Assembly: GCA_041690135.1 (NCBI GenBank)
Contig: JAWLHY010000005.1
Coordinates: forward strand, 192,001-256,000
Reading direction: 5' to 3'
Origin: Armatimonadota bacterium
Lineage (GTDB): Bacteria; Armatimonadota; SYMT01
Length of the DNA stretch: 64,000 nucleotides
Positions 30,115-40,661 of the stretch are shown here, piece after piece. The notes beneath the pieces were generated by a model that saw only the letters and a program-made list of their open reading frames with translations, did not search any database and was not told where the DNA came from. Both the position numbers and the translations under genes were made by a program. Position 1 is the first letter of the stretch. Each line of letters starts with the position of its first letter.

Positions 30115-33100
30115 TTAGCGCCGACGGCGGCGCTTGCCGTGGGGGGTGAGGATGCCGGCTTCGTTGCTGTAGCCGGAGGCGGCGCCGGACTTGCCGGAGG
30201 CGCGGACGCGGTAGATGTAGTTCTGTCCGGCGGCCAGGCGGGTGTCCAGGTAGGCCCTCACGTTTTTGCGGACGTTGCCGACTACCTGGAAGCTGCCGTT
30301 CCCGATCTTCCGTTCGATCTGGAAGCCGGTTTCGCCGTTGCTGTTGTCTTTCCAGCGCAGGCGGGCACGACCGCCCGAGAGGACCGTCACCGTGAGTTCG
30401 GATGGTGATTCGAGGCTGTAGGTGGTGCCGGTGGTCGTGACCCGGCCCGAGTCGCCACCGCGGTTGAAGGCTTCGATCTGGTAAACGTAGGTCGTGCTCG
30501 TATCCAGACCGGTATCTTCGTGGCTCATGACGTTGGGGGCCAGGGTCGCTATAAGCTGAAGCCCGGGCACTCCGGTCCGCCCCCGAAAGAGGCGGAATCC
30601 TTCCTCGTTGTTGCTGTTGTCGGTCCAGGTGAGGCGAATGGAGGTTGTAGAGACCGGGGTGGCGGTGAATGCCGAGGGGTCCGCCGGCGCGAACGGCGGG
30701 GTGGAGGCGGCCACCCGGCTCGAGTAAGCGGAGGCTCCGGCGGCGTTCACCGCCCGGACGCGGTAGGTGTAGGTGGAGTCCGGTTGGACGGCCGTATCAG
30801 TGAAGGCCTCAGTGTTCGCTGAAGGAGTGCCGATGCGGGTGAAGGAGTACGGACCGGCGATGCCACCCGTTTTGCGCTCGATTTCGAATCCCGTTTCCGT
30901 GCTGCTGTTGTCGGACCAGGTGAGATGGACCAGATTCGGCGCCATCGCGGCGACCTGCAGATCATTCGGAGCCGCGGGAAGATTGGGAAAGGTCTCCCCT
31001 ATCGTGTCCCCCGCGTAGCTGGAATTCCCGCCGGCATTGTAGGCCTGTACCCGGTAGATGTAGAGCGTGGCCGGCCGCAGCCCGCGATCGAGGTACGTGG
31101 TGACACCGGCACCCACCACCGCCACCGAGTGAAAGGCAGTGGCCGGTGCGAAGGGATCATCTTTGCGGACGATACGGAACCCGGCTTCTCCCGTGCTGCG
31201 GTCGGTCCAGGTGAGGCGAATCTCCGTTGGTGAGACTCCTTCCGCTGTTAACTCACCGGGCGCTTCGGGCACGGGAGGCTGCGTGGTCGCCGCAACGCGA
31301 TTGGTGTAGGGAGAGCGCCCGCCGGTATTGAAAGCGGCGACTCGGTAGGTGTAGGTGGTGTTCGGGTCCAGGTCGGAGTCGCTAGTGGATTCGAAATCCG
31401 GCGGAAGTGTGCGCAGGAGCGTGAACGGTTCATTTCCGCGGCTCCGTTCCACCTCAAAGCCGGTCTCGGTATCGCTATTGTCACTCCACGTGAGGCGGAT
31501 GCGCGTCTGGGAATCTGCCGTTGCCCGAAGATCATTCGGGGTCAAAGGCGGTAGCGGGAGGGTAGTGACACACACGGGGCCGGCTTCGGGCGAATCGCCG
31601 CCGGCGTTGACGGCCCGCAGCCGATAAGCGTACTCCGTTCCGGGCGCCAAACCAGAATCCAGGTAGTGTTCAGCGCCAGTCTCGACCAGGGCGATCTGCT
31701 GGAAGGACTCATTCGCTCGGCGCCGCTCAATCCGGAATCCGGATTCGTTGGAACTGCGGTCGACCCAATGAAGGCGGACTTCCCAACTGGTGAGTGGAAA
31801 CGCGCGCAGTTCTCCAGGGGCAAGCGGCGGAAGGGGCAAGGTGCGGGCGGCGGCTCGGTTGGAATAAGGCGAAGGACCGCCTCCGTTGAGAGCACGGAGA
31901 CGATAGCTGTATTCAGTGTCGGGGATGAGGTTCTCGTCGAGGAAAGCATTAGCCGTGGGCGGCAGGGTGCGATAGGGTGCAAACCCGGCGGCGGCGATCC
32001 GGCGTTCCAGGACGAGAGAGGTGACCCCGGTTTCGGAGTTGCTCCAGGAAAGTGCGAGACTGCTCAGCGAGAGTACGGTGGCGGTGAGATCCGAGGGTGC
32101 AGCCGGCGGCAGGGGAAGCGTGGAGACGTCCAGTGAGGGCGAGTATGGGGACGGTCCGGAAGGTCCCAGTGCCCGAACACGATAGGTGTAGGCAGTACCC
32201 GGCTCGAGCCCCGAATCGCGGTACTGCGTGCCGTCGGCAACGACCAGACCTATGCGGGAGAAGCTACCCACGGCGCCAGGGCGGCGCTCAACCTCGAACC
32301 CGGATTCAATTGCGCTGGAGCCCACCCAGGTCAGCGTCAGGGCTGTCTGGGTGACGTCGGATGCCGCCAAGTCCGTGGGGGCCGCGGGCGGAGGCGAGAG
32401 GGTTGCCGTCGAAGCCGGGCTGGATGGAGCGGATTCTCCCCCGCTGTTGAAGGCGAGCAGGCGGTAGGTGTAGGTGGCGCCGGGCGTGAGCCCCAGGTCG
32501 GCAAAGTGAGTGTGGCCGGCACCGACCGTACCTGCTTCCGTATAGGGTGACAGGCTGCCGGTGTCCCCTTCCTTCCGCTCGATGCGGAAGCCGGACTCAT
32601 TGCTACTCCGGTCGCGCCAGGCGAGGTCGATGCGAGTCGTGGAGACCGCTGTTGCTTCGAACGCATCCGGGGCCGTGGGCGGATCGGGAAGCGTGGAGGC
32701 TCGTGCGATCGGCGTGTAAGGGCTGCTCCCCATAGCCCCGCGTGCCCGAACCCGGTAGTGGTACGCGGTTCCGGAAGCGAGACCGGCGCCATCGTTGTCA
32801 TCGGAAAAGGTAGCGGTATCCGGCGGCAGGATCTCCACGTCGGTAAAGCTTTCACCGTCGAGGGAACGTTGAAGCTGGAAGTCGAGTTCATCGGTGCTCT
32901 GGTCGATCCAGGTAAGCCGTACGGCGCTCTTTGACAGGGCGCGGGCTGTCAGGCCGGAGGGCGCCGCCGGGCCAATCGCGGGGCCGGCCGGCGTGGTCGC
33001 ATTGGCCGGACCTCCGAACACGGAGGCTCCCCCTCCGTTGTAAGCCCGCACCTGGTAGCCGTACGTCGTGCTTGCCACGAGGCCGGTATCGAGGTAGCTG

Positions 33101-34470
33101 GTTGCCTCGGCAGGAACGGCGGCTATTATGCCAAATACGCCCTGGGGACCGGTCTTCCGCCAGATCTCAAAACCATCTTCGTTCATTGCCGGGTCGGTCC
33201 AGTTGACCCGCATTTCGTGGGCCGATTGCGGCTGCGCGGTTACGTCGCGCGGTGCTGGGGGCGGCATTGGGACGAAGAAGGCTTCTCCCGACAGAATTGA
33301 GCGCTCCGGACGGCCCACAATGCCCCATACGCCATCGGTAGCCACGCTCGTCCCGAACCCGCCACCGCCGGTAATGTCGGAAGGGCGTAGTTGACTGACC
33401 TCACGCCACACGCCGCCTTCCCACCGGAAGACATAAGCGGCGCCCACGTCACCTTGCCCACGCGCGCCCACGATGGCGACGCCGTTGGTAATACTTACCC
33501 TTCCGCCAAAGGCTCCCTGGGAACGGAGGTCCGAAGCCACCAACCTGGTTTCGAAGACCCAGGCGTCCCCCTGACGCCGATAGACATAGGCGGCGCCGCT
33601 CCGAAAGGTACCGAATGCGCCGTGTCCGGGAGCCCCGACGATGATCGACTGACCATCCGTAGCGACGGACGCGCCGAAGCTATCGCTCGTAACGCCGTCC
33701 GGAGCCAGTAACCGGGCCTGCTCACTCCAGCCGCCACCGGAATTGACGAAGACAAACGCTGCTCCGGCATACTCTTCCGCTGCTCCATGGGCACCACGGG
33801 CGCCAATCACCACGACATCGTCCTCGGCAGATATGGCCGTGCCAAACTGATCAGAGGTGGAGTGATGCACGGGCTGCAGTGAACCCTGGGGGAACCATGT
33901 CGTTCCCTGCCGCAGGTAAACGTCGACTCGACCGTGGCTGGGTGTCGATAGCTCGCGCCCGGCGAAGAGATGATCGCCCTCTACAGCCACTCCCGTGCCC
34001 AAGCGACTGGTCTTGTCAGACAGTATCAGTCGTGCTTGTTGCGACCAGTTGCCGAACTGCCTCGTGAAGACATACACGGCCCCGATGTGGTTCGATCCGG
34101 GCGGTGAGTCCAGTGGAGCAGCTACCGCAAGTGTGTTGTCGCTGATATCCAACTGTGACGCGAACTCGGCGGAGTACGGATGATCGGCCTTCCTGAGTTT
34201 CGCCTGTTGAACCCACTGGTTGTTGTGGCGGATGTAGACGTACGCCGCAGCATCGCCTGAACCATCGGGCCAATTTGCCGACGACGTTCCAACTGCCACA
34301 GTGTCGCCTGCAATGGCAACGCATCGGCCGAAGTTGCCGGTATCAAGGTCGGGACGTTGAACGGGAGGCGGCAGCATCACGATGGTACTTGTCGTCTGCG
34401 GGATTGCGACCGATGGTAGGATCCCTACAAGGAGCAACAAGAGTGTAAGGAAAGTACGGTATGAGGACAT
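30115..34470 (-). CDS. Secreted FG-GAP beta-propeller plus 11 fibronectin type III repeats
   Basis: Signal peptide; 7 FG.sva repeats with GAAYV; 11 P.AP..L.A....i.L.W.D.S..E.GF.ieR units. Confidence 0.9.
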   Translation of the reverse strand: MSSYRTFLTLLLLLVGILPSVAIPQTTSTIVMLPPPVQRPDLDTGNFGRCVAIAGDTVAVGTSSANWPDGSGDAAAYVYIRHNNQWVQQAKLRKADHPYSAEFASQLDISDNTLAVAAPLDSPPGSNHIGAVYVFTRQFGNWSQQARLILSDKTSRLGTGVAVEGDHLFAGRELSTPSHGRVDVYLRQGTTWFPQGSLQPVHHSTSDQFGTAISAEDDVVVIGARGAHGAAEEYAGAAFVFVNSGGGWSEQARLLAPDGVTSDSFGASVATDGQSIIVGAPGHGAFGTFRSGAAYVYRRQGDAWVFETRLVASDLRSQGAFGGRVSITNGVAIVGARGQGDVGAAYVFRWEGGVWREVSQLRPSDITGGGGFGTSVATDGVWGIVGRPERSILSGEAFFVPMPPPAPRDVTAQPQSAHEMRVNWTDPAMNEDGFEIWRKTGPQGVFGIIAAVPAEATSYLDTGLVASTTYGYQVRAYNGGGASVFGGPANATTPAGPAIGPAAPSGLTARALSKSAVRLTWIDQSTDELDFQLQRSLDGESFTDVEILPPDTATFSDDNDGAGLASGTAYHYRVRARGAMGSSPYTPIARASTLPDPPTAPDAFEATAVSTTRIDLAWRDRSSNESGFRIERKEGDTGSLSPYTEAGTVGAGHTHFADLGLTPGATYTYRLLAFNSGGESAPSSPASTATLSPPPAAPTDLAASDVTQTALTLTWVGSSAIESGFEVERRPGAVGSFSRIGLVVADGTQYRDSGLEPGTAYTYRVRALGPSGPSPYSPSLDVSTLPLPPAAPSDLTATVLSLSSLALSWSNSETGVTSLVLERRIAAAGFAPYRTLPPTANAFLDENLIPDTEYSYRLRALNGGGPSPYSNRAAARTLPLPPLAPGELRAFPLTSWEVRLHWVDRSSNESGFRIERRRANESFQQIALVETGAEHYLDSGLAPGTEYAYRLRAVNAGGDSPEAGPVCVTTLPLPPLTPNDLRATADSQTRIRLTWSDNSDTETGFEVERSRGNEPFTLLRTLPPDFESTSDSDLDPNTTYTYRVAAFNTGGRSPYTNRVAATTQPPVPEAPGELTAEGVSPTEIRLTWTDRSTGEAGFRIVRKDDPFAPATAFHSVAVVGAGVTTYLDRGLRPATLYIYRVQAYNAGGNSSYAGDTIGETFPNLPAAPNDLQVAAMAPNLVHLTWSDNSSTETGFEIERKTGGIAGPYSFTRIGTPSANTEAFTDTAVQPDSTYTYRVRAVNAAGASAYSSRVAASTPPFAPADPSAFTATPVSTTSIRLTWTDNSNNEEGFRLFRGRTGVPGLQLIATLAPNVMSHEDTGLDTSTTYVYQIEAFNRGGDSGRVTTTGTTYSLESPSELTVTVLSGGRARLRWKDNSNGETGFQIERKIGNGSFQVVGNVRKNVRAYLDTRLAAGQNYIYRVRASGKSGAASGYSNEAGILTPHGKRRRRR

Positions 34471-34697
34471 CAGGGTCTACTCCGGCTGGCCAGGCAATCA
34501 GTAGGGTAACAGCCTCTTCGGTAAGCAGGCTTATAGATCCTTGCCCTGCAGGCGTAAAGCGCGAGATTGCTTTGGATTTGCCACGACGGAAATTGGGTGG
34601 CACACCGAGTCAGGGTGAGGATCCGTGGGATCGACTTTTTGCGCGGGGGGTTGGCGGGTAGATTGGGAATTGAGTGGCGAGATTGGGAGGAGAGACT

Positions 34698-35888
34698 ATG
34701 GAGCGGAACTCGGGCTGGGTGTGGCTCTTCGGCGCCGCGACCGGCGTGGCCGCGATGTATTACCTGGACCCACGGTCCGGGAGGCGCCGGCGCGCGATGC
34801 TGCGGGATAAGTTCGTACACGTGAGGCATGTCGCGGACGAGACGGTGGACCGGCTTTCGACGGAGGCGAGCAACCGGACAAAGGGCGCCGTGGCCCGGAC
34901 GCAGCGCAGGATTCTGCCGGAAGGCCCCGTGGAGGACGAGCGGCTGCAGGCGAGGGTCCGCTCCGCGCTGGGCAGGCTCACCAGGCACCCGCGCGCGATC
35001 GAGGTGGAGGCGCACGAGGGGTTCGTCACGCTGAAGGGCGAGATCCTGGCCGAGGAATTGGGGGACGTGATCACCGGAACCCGCCGGGTGCTGGGGGTGA
35101 AGCACGTGGAGAGCCTGCTGAATGCGGTCCACGATCCTTCCGGGGTGCCGTCGCTCCAGGGAGGGCGGAGCCGAGAGCGAGATTTACCGGAACAGCCGCA
35201 GGGCCAACTATCGCCGACCGGACGCGCGGTCGTGGGGGCGGTCGGCGGACTGCTGGCGTGGTGGGGTGTGAACCAGGGCGGGGCGCGGGGCGCCGGGACG
35301 GCCCTGGTGGGCGGCTTGTTGCTGGCGCGGGCGGCCACGAACGTGGAGCCGACGCGGCTGGTGACCGGCCGCCAGTCTACGACCGTGCAGAAGACGGTCG
35401 AGATCCTGGCCCCCATCGACGAGGTGTTCGCCTACTGGAGCAACTTCCGGAACTTCCCGCAGTTCATGCAGCACCTGCGCGAGGTGCGCGAGAGCGATGG
35501 GGGCATCTCCCAGTGGGTGGCGGACGGCCCGGCCGGGGTCGCCGTTTCGTGGGAAGCGGAGATCACCTCTCTCCAGCCACACCGGCGGATCGCCTGGCGC
35601 AGCCTGCCGGGGTCGACGATTCAGAATGTCGGCGAGGTGCGGTTCGAGCGAGTGGACGACCGCCACACGCGACTCCACGTGCGCATGACTTACAACCCGC
35701 CGGCGGGGGCGTTGGGTCACGTGGTGGCGACCCTCTTCGGCGCGGATCCGGGGCGGCAGTTAGACGAGGACCTGGCCCGATTCAAGGCACTGCTGGAGGA
35801 CGGCAGCGTGCAGGTGCACGGTCAGGAAGTGGCCCGGCAGGACGTGCAGCCGGACCAGGGCGGGGTACTGGGCGAATCGCAAACGTGA
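34698..35888 (+). CDS. BON + SRPBCC (polyketide cyclase-like) domain protein
   Basis: YYLDPRSGRRRRA, VTLKGEI (BON), FAYWSNFRNFPQFM..WEAEIT..IAWRS..YNPPAG. Confidence 0.88.
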   Translation: MERNSGWVWLFGAATGVAAMYYLDPRSGRRRRAMLRDKFVHVRHVADETVDRLSTEASNRTKGAVARTQRRILPEGPVEDERLQARVRSALGRLTRHPRAIEVEAHEGFVTLKGEILAEELGDVITGTRRVLGVKHVESLLNAVHDPSGVPSLQGGRSRERDLPEQPQGQLSPTGRAVVGAVGGLLAWWGVNQGGARGAGTALVGGLLLARAATNVEPTRLVTGRQSTTVQKTVEILAPIDEVFAYWSNFRNFPQFMQHLREVRESDGGISQWVADGPAGVAVSWEAEITSLQPHRRIAWRSLPGSTIQNVGEVRFERVDDRHTRLHVRMTYNPPAGALGHVVATLFGADPGRQLDEDLARFKALLEDGSVQVHGQEVARQDVQPDQGGVLGESQT

Positions 35889-35988
35889 GGCTGAGGATCC
35901 GGAGTTGGTGCTTCGGCCCGGAGCGGGGCTTGGGGCGTAGCGGCGTGAATGGACCGCTGGCTGGACGTGAAACGTGAGACGTGAGGCT

Positions 35989-36018
35989 GGGGATCAGGAA
36001 GTGAATTCCTGATCCCCA
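35989..36018. terminator. Hairpin between convergent genes
   Basis: GGGGATCAGGAA-GTGAA-TTCCTGATCCCC. Confidence 0.55.
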
Positions 36019-36101
36019 GCGTTTGTTGTCGATAGGGTCTTGGACCTGTAGAGGCAGAGGCTGGCTGCCGCCTCCGAGTGACTCAGCTGCCCAGCGACTG
36101 G

Positions 36102-36747
36102 TTATTCGGGAAGCCAATCTGGCTTAGGTTGATGACTGGAGTCGAGTTCGCTGGCATCGTAGAGGGCTTCGCCGTCGCGGATGACGGAGTTGCTTTGTTA
36201 GGGAATCATCTCCAGGAGCAGTCGGAGGATGGTGGTGGCTAACCGGACGCGGTGCCTGGTGGTCTCCGCGCCGAGGATGCGGCGGCCACGCCAGTACCAG
36301 TCGCGCGTTTCCCGGGCGGAGCCCAGCGCCTACTCGTAGAATCGAGCCCGATCGCGCCCGGTTCCGCGCAGGGCGGTTCAGTTTTCGTGGAAGCTGGGCT
36401 CTGCCGCCCTCCAGGGCTCGTTCTGTGGGCGCTCTGGATCCGGGGGTTCGCACACCCGGCTAATTCCCGGTCGCCCCTCCGGGGCTGCGAAGTGGCATTC
36501 GCCGAAAACTGAACCGCCCTGCGGTTCCGCGGGAGTAACCTTCCGAAATGTTGGCGTGGATGGAACCGGCCGCGCGGTAGAGCTGGTCTGCCACTCGCGG
36601 AGTTCGCCGGTCGCCCATCAGAAGGGTGACATCTTCCCAGGCGAGGTCTCCCAGGTAGAGCGCGTACCGATAGGCGGCCACCTTCCAAACGGAATCCGCC
36701 GTAATCTCGGCGGGCACCGTGGACAGCCACTCCTGGTAGCTCATCAT
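36102..36747 (-). pseudogene. Four-helix-bundle (23S rRNA IVP-like) protein, disrupted
   Basis: ..DQLYRAAGSIHANISEGYSRGT [MITE] GRDRARFYE*ALGSARETRDWY..; internal TAG at 36330-36332 and TAA at 36198-36200. Confidence 0.85.
36369..36521. mobile_element. 153-bp MITE with 19-bp TIRs and 10-bp target-site duplication
   Basis: TIR CAGGGCGGTTCAGTTTTCG / CGAAAACTGAACCGCCCTG; CGGTTCCGCG at 36359-36368 and 36522-36531. Confidence 0.9.
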
Positions 36748-36870
36748 CGTCGCCTCCGAATTGGGCGTTCATTACCCGGTGTCTCCAAGCTATCGCGGCC
36801 TAGGTCTGACGCCTGGGCTGCGCAAGAGCCCGGACTTGGCATGGTGCTGAAATCCATCAACTGGTTTGTT

Positions 36871-36893
36871 GCCGAGATATCTCTCGGACTCCG
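36871..36893 (-). repeat. Dispersed repeat core CGGAGTCCGAGAGATATCTCGGC (copy 1)
   Basis: Exact 23-nt match to 50024-50046 in the opposite orientation. Confidence 0.75.
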
Positions 36894-37015
36894 GGCAGGG
36901 TGCAGGCTTGTTTGCGGTTTGGCTCCGACTTGCCTTTTGGCCGCCAGTTCGGTTCCACTTCGTTGTGGGTTCAAGTTTGTTTACGGTGCTACACCAGCCT
37001 GACATGGCTCCGCCG

Positions 37016-38026
37016 TCAGTTCGGACTTACTCCCGCGACGTTCGTCCGGATGCGGTAGACCGAACCGCCGCCGGTGATGTAGAGCGTGCGCATGTCCGGG
37101 CCGCCGAAGGTGCAGTTGGTGGCGGTTTCGGGGGTGCGGATGAAGGTGACGAGTTTACCTTCGGGGGAGATCACGTAGACGCCCGTTTTCTCTTCCAGGC
37201 CGCCCGTGGCGTAGATATTCCCCTTCACATCCAGCGCCATGCCGTCGATGCCGCGGCCGGGGGCGAGATCGTAGAGCACCTTGCGCCGGGTGCCCTTGCC
37301 GTTGCGGAGGTCATAGGCAATGAGGGTGCGGGCTCCCCCATCGGCCGGGTTGTTGTCGGCGACGTAGAGGGTGCGGTTGTCTGGAGTGATCAGGATGCCG
37401 TTGGGGGTCTGCACATCGTCGATGACGCGCGTGAGGGTGCCGTCGGTCTCAATGCGGTAGATCGCCTGCTTGTCCTGCTCGAGGTCGGTCAGGGGACCGT
37501 AGCGCGGGTCCGTGAAGTAAATGCGGCCCTCGCGGTCGATGGCCAGGTCGTTCGGGCTGTTCAGCTTCTTGCCGCGGTAGCGGTCGGCCAACACGGTGAC
37601 GGTGCCGTCCTTCTCGTAGCGGGTGACGGTGCGGCCGTCCGGCGCAAGCTGGCTGTTGCAGGTGATGAGACGTCCCTGGCGGTCGAACATCATCCCGTTC
37701 GCCCCGCGGGAGCCCTGCTTCCAGACCCGCGGCGCGCCCTCCGTGGTGTAGACCAGGATCCGGTTGCGTGGCGAGTCGGAGAAGTAGACGTTCCCTGCGG
37801 CGTCCACGGCCGGACCCTCGGTGAACTGGCAGCCCTGGACGATGCGCTCCATCCGGGCATCGGGGGAGACGATGGCGGTCTCCGCGGCGACGGTGGGAGC
37901 GGTCGCGGCGGCGTTCAGCAACACGGCGGCCACGGGAAGCAGGCCGATCAGGGTGAGAGCGAATGTGCGCAACGAAGAGTCCTCCAGGACTCTGTTGTTA
38001 GCGGTCGAGGCGGAGGGGACCTGCAA
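37016..38026 (-). CDS. SMP-30/gluconolactonase family protein
   Basis: FTEGP, NSPNDL, FTDP.YG, PNGI, DGMALD..GN, TNCTFGG. Confidence 0.92.
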   Translation of the reverse strand: MQVPSASTANNRVLEDSSLRTFALTLIGLLPVAAVLLNAAATAPTVAAETAIVSPDARMERIVQGCQFTEGPAVDAAGNVYFSDSPRNRILVYTTEGAPRVWKQGSRGANGMMFDRQGRLITCNSQLAPDGRTVTRYEKDGTVTVLADRYRGKKLNSPNDLAIDREGRIYFTDPRYGPLTDLEQDKQAIYRIETDGTLTRVIDDVQTPNGILITPDNRTLYVADNNPADGGARTLIAYDLRNGKGTRRKVLYDLAPGRGIDGMALDVKGNIYATGGLEEKTGVYVISPEGKLVTFIRTPETATNCTFGGPDMRTLYITGGGSVYRIRTNVAGVSPN

Positions 38027-38131
38027 TCGAGGTCAGGTGTTCGGGTGTTCGGGTAGTCGGGTGCCAGTTGGTGGGGCCGTGGACGGATGGGAAACGGTTG
38101 GGCTCGTGTCATCCGGCCCCGCCTTCATCCG

Positions 38132-38608
38132 TCATCGTTCCCTGGTTCCTCCGGGTGGAAGGGTTTCGATGACGGAGCGAGCCCAGGCGGCGACGCGCTC
38201 CACGTAGCCCTCGACGCCGCCATTGAGAATGTCCGCCACGGTGACTGGCCACTCGGTAACCGCCCATCGGACCACGGGATCACCGGGCCGTCGGGTAATC
38301 CGCGTGGGGCCATCCGTGGCGCGCCGGATACGCTTGCGTAACTCGGGCAGCGTCACACGATCGGCCAGTATGTCCCCCACGTTCTGCCGCAGGTCGTGCA
38401 GGGCCCCGGCCGTGTAGTTCATGCCTTCCGGGTGCTGGAGAACGTAGGAGCTGACAGCGTAGAAATGCGCAATCTCACCCCTTCCGCCAGCCGTAACAGA
38501 GGGGTCCGCCGCCACCTCCTGTTCCAGGACCAGGAGTGCGTGGAAATGGTTAATGCATGGTGTTTCCGCGGCGAGTGGGGCGCCGCATTCGTGGCATTTA
38601 GAATCCAT
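38132..38608 (-). CDS. DUF5946-like protein
   Basis: CHECGA, HFYAV.SYVLQHP, VAAWARSV. Confidence 0.7.
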   Translation of the reverse strand: MDSKCHECGAPLAAETPCINHFHALLVLEQEVAADPSVTAGGRGEIAHFYAVSSYVLQHPEGMNYTAGALHDLRQNVGDILADRVTLPELRKRIRRATDGPTRITRRPGDPVVRWAVTEWPVTVADILNGGVEGYVERVAAWARSVIETLPPGGTRER

Positions 38609-39092
38609 CTTCTCTCCTGAAAGTTGCGGTAGCACCGACGGCCGGGTGTCGGGAGCCATCTCCAAATGAGGGTATGCTCTCGGATTCACAACCCAGCCGG
38701 CAGTAGCACCGTTCAACACGGCGCACCAGTCCCCGCCAGTGCGGCTCACCGATCCCAAAGTGGGTCGCCAACTGCTTCGTGGGAACACAGGCTTTCGGAA
38801 GCAGAGCCGGAGACTTTGTCCTGAGTTTAATCCATGTTGGCGAGTGGAGATGGATGCCCCGGCAGCCGCTCCCGGGGATGTGTGGGTGCCGACCGAATCG
38901 GTGAGGCATTCCAGATAAACGGGCATTCGCTCGGTGAGGGCCGTCTGCGGTCGGGACTCCGCAAGTATTCAGCGCCTTACCAGGGATCGCGGGTCGCGCA
39001 GGTTAGGCGGAAATCGCAAGCGCAGGTGTCGGCGGTGGCACCCCGCGCAGGGCGGGAGAGAAGTTCGGAACGGAGGGCATGGGAGCCGATCG

Positions 39093-39614
39093 CTAGCGAT
39101 CTCCGTCGCAGTTCCAGACGGGGGGTAGCGGGCTTCCACATTCGGGGCACTCGAAGGCTTCTTCCTTCACAAGTGCCAGTGCGTTGCAGTCCGGGCAGCG
39201 ACGGAACGTGAACGCGTGCGTGAAGCCTGCGGGTAGCTCGATCCCGGCGTTCGCCAGGGCTGCCTCGACCGCCGGCCAGGATTCCGGCTCCGGACAGTAG
39301 CCGGTGGATTGGTTGGTCACCTCCCCCACTTCCACGCCGACCCCGGTCACGCGGAAGGTCATTTCCCCGGCCGACAGAACCGGCTGCCCGCGCGCGCACT
39401 GCACGTGCTCGGAATGGCGGTCGGCGATCCAGAGATCCCCCTGGGTGTCGATGATGAAGGTGGTGACAACCTCACCGGCGCGGTCGATCGTCTGGTGGGT
39501 TTCCGCGATCCACCGATGGACGTCCGCGGGACCGTTTATCCGGACCTGGTGTGTCGGTTGCGGGTTGTTCGCAGCCAGGTGTGCCGGTCCCAGATATCGG
39601 TAGAGTCGGCGCAT
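39093..39614 (-). CDS. Conserved hypothetical protein with C-terminal zinc ribbon
   Basis: RHSEHVQCA, AGEM, NQSTGYCPE, CPDC..CPEC. Confidence 0.75.
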   Translation of the reverse strand: MRRLYRYLGPAHLAANNPQPTHQVRINGPADVHRWIAETHQTIDRAGEVVTTFIIDTQGDLWIADRHSEHVQCARGQPVLSAGEMTFRVTGVGVEVGEVTNQSTGYCPEPESWPAVEAALANAGIELPAGFTHAFTFRRCPDCNALALVKEEAFECPECGSPLPPVWNCDGDR

Positions 39615-39635
39615 TAATTCGTCAGGGCAACGATC

Positions 39636-40205
39636 CTACTTGGGTCGGTTGTCGCGGTAGCGGGAGGCTACGGGTCCGGACTGGCCCTGGTACTTGGAGC
39701 CGAGGGAAGGATGGCCGTAGGGGCGTTCGGCGGCGGCGTCCATCTGGATGAAGGAAAGCTGGGCGATCTTCATGCCGGGCCAAAGGCGGATGGGCAGAGG
39801 GGCGACGTTGCTGAGTTCCAGGGTGATCTGGCCGTTGGTCCAGCCCGGGTCGATGAAGCCGGCGGTGGCATGGATCAGGAGTCCCAGGCGGCCGAGGGAG
39901 GATTTCCCCTCGATGCGGGCCACCACGTCGTTGGGCAGGGTAAGGCGCTCGAAGGTGGTGCCCAGCACGAACTCTCCGGGGTGGAGAATAAACGGCTTGC
40001 CTTCCTCGACCTCCACGCGCTCCATCAGGTCGTCGCTGACGTGCCAGGGGTCGATGTCGGAAGTGATGTGGCGGCGGAAGGCGAGGAAGGTGCTGTCCAG
40101 CCGGACGTCGACGGAAGCCGGCTGGATGTGGCTCTCTTCCAGGGGATCGATCGCGATCCGGCCTTCGTTGAGCAGTTTTCTGATGGTACCGTCCGAAAGG
40201 ATCAT
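39636..40205 (-). CDS. dcd: dCTP deaminase
   Basis: IQPASVDVRL, EGKSSLGRLG, AGFIDPG, KYQGQ. Confidence 0.96.
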   Translation of the reverse strand: MILSDGTIRKLLNEGRIAIDPLEESHIQPASVDVRLDSTFLAFRRHITSDIDPWHVSDDLMERVEVEEGKPFILHPGEFVLGTTFERLTLPNDVVARIEGKSSLGRLGLLIHATAGFIDPGWTNGQITLELSNVAPLPIRLWPGMKIAQLSFIQMDAAAERPYGHPSLGSKYQGQSGPVASRYRDNRPK

Positions 40206-40340
40206 GCGTTTTTTCCCAGTGCCGGTGCGACCCGCGTCAGGCGGGTTGTGCCTTTTGCATTCCCGCCACAGCGCGGGTTGAGCTTTCCGATGCGAGCCCC
40301 AGTTTCCCTTGCCGGTCGTTCCGTTAGGCGACAGGGTGTA

Positions 40341-40430
40341 CTCTGTCGCCCCTCCAGGGCTCTTTCGGACTGGGCGCCCAGGACCGGGGGTTTACACCCC
40401 CGGCTATTCTCTTATCGCCCCTCCGGGGCT
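40341..40430. repeat. REP-like element (CGCCCCTCCRGGGCT family), full copy
   Basis: Two CGCCCCTCCRGGGCT motifs around CCGGGGGTTTACACCCCCGG hairpin. Confidence 0.8.
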
Positions 40431-40600
40431 ATCGAACGGTTCTGATCAGCACGGGTACAACGACAATGTCAGGCGGGGACGGAGAATCCCGCCCTACACC
40501 TGTCCGAGTTCATGCGAGTTTCCCATTCTCCAGTGCCTGTGCTCACACCTGTGCAATCCGCCGGTATTCCAGGCGAGCGTGCAGATCTCACTTGGGGTCC

Positions 40601-40624
40601 CTCTCCGTGATCTTCTCCGTGTCT
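40601..40624 (-). repeat. ACACGGAG-type repeat
   Basis: AGACACGGAGAAGATCACGGAGAG, exact match to 63162-63185. Confidence 0.75.
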
Positions 40625-40661
40625 GGGGTGCCCCCTGGGCCATCTCAATGGTCAAGTCGAG

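Noticed and set aside
36330-36332. TAG as pyrrolysine/readthrough in the four-helix-bundle gene
   Set aside because: Gene is already broken by a MITE; TAC/TAT to TAG decay is simpler
36102-36747. Diversity-generating retroelement (Avd-like gene)
   Set aside because: No reverse transcriptase or TR/VR pair in the window
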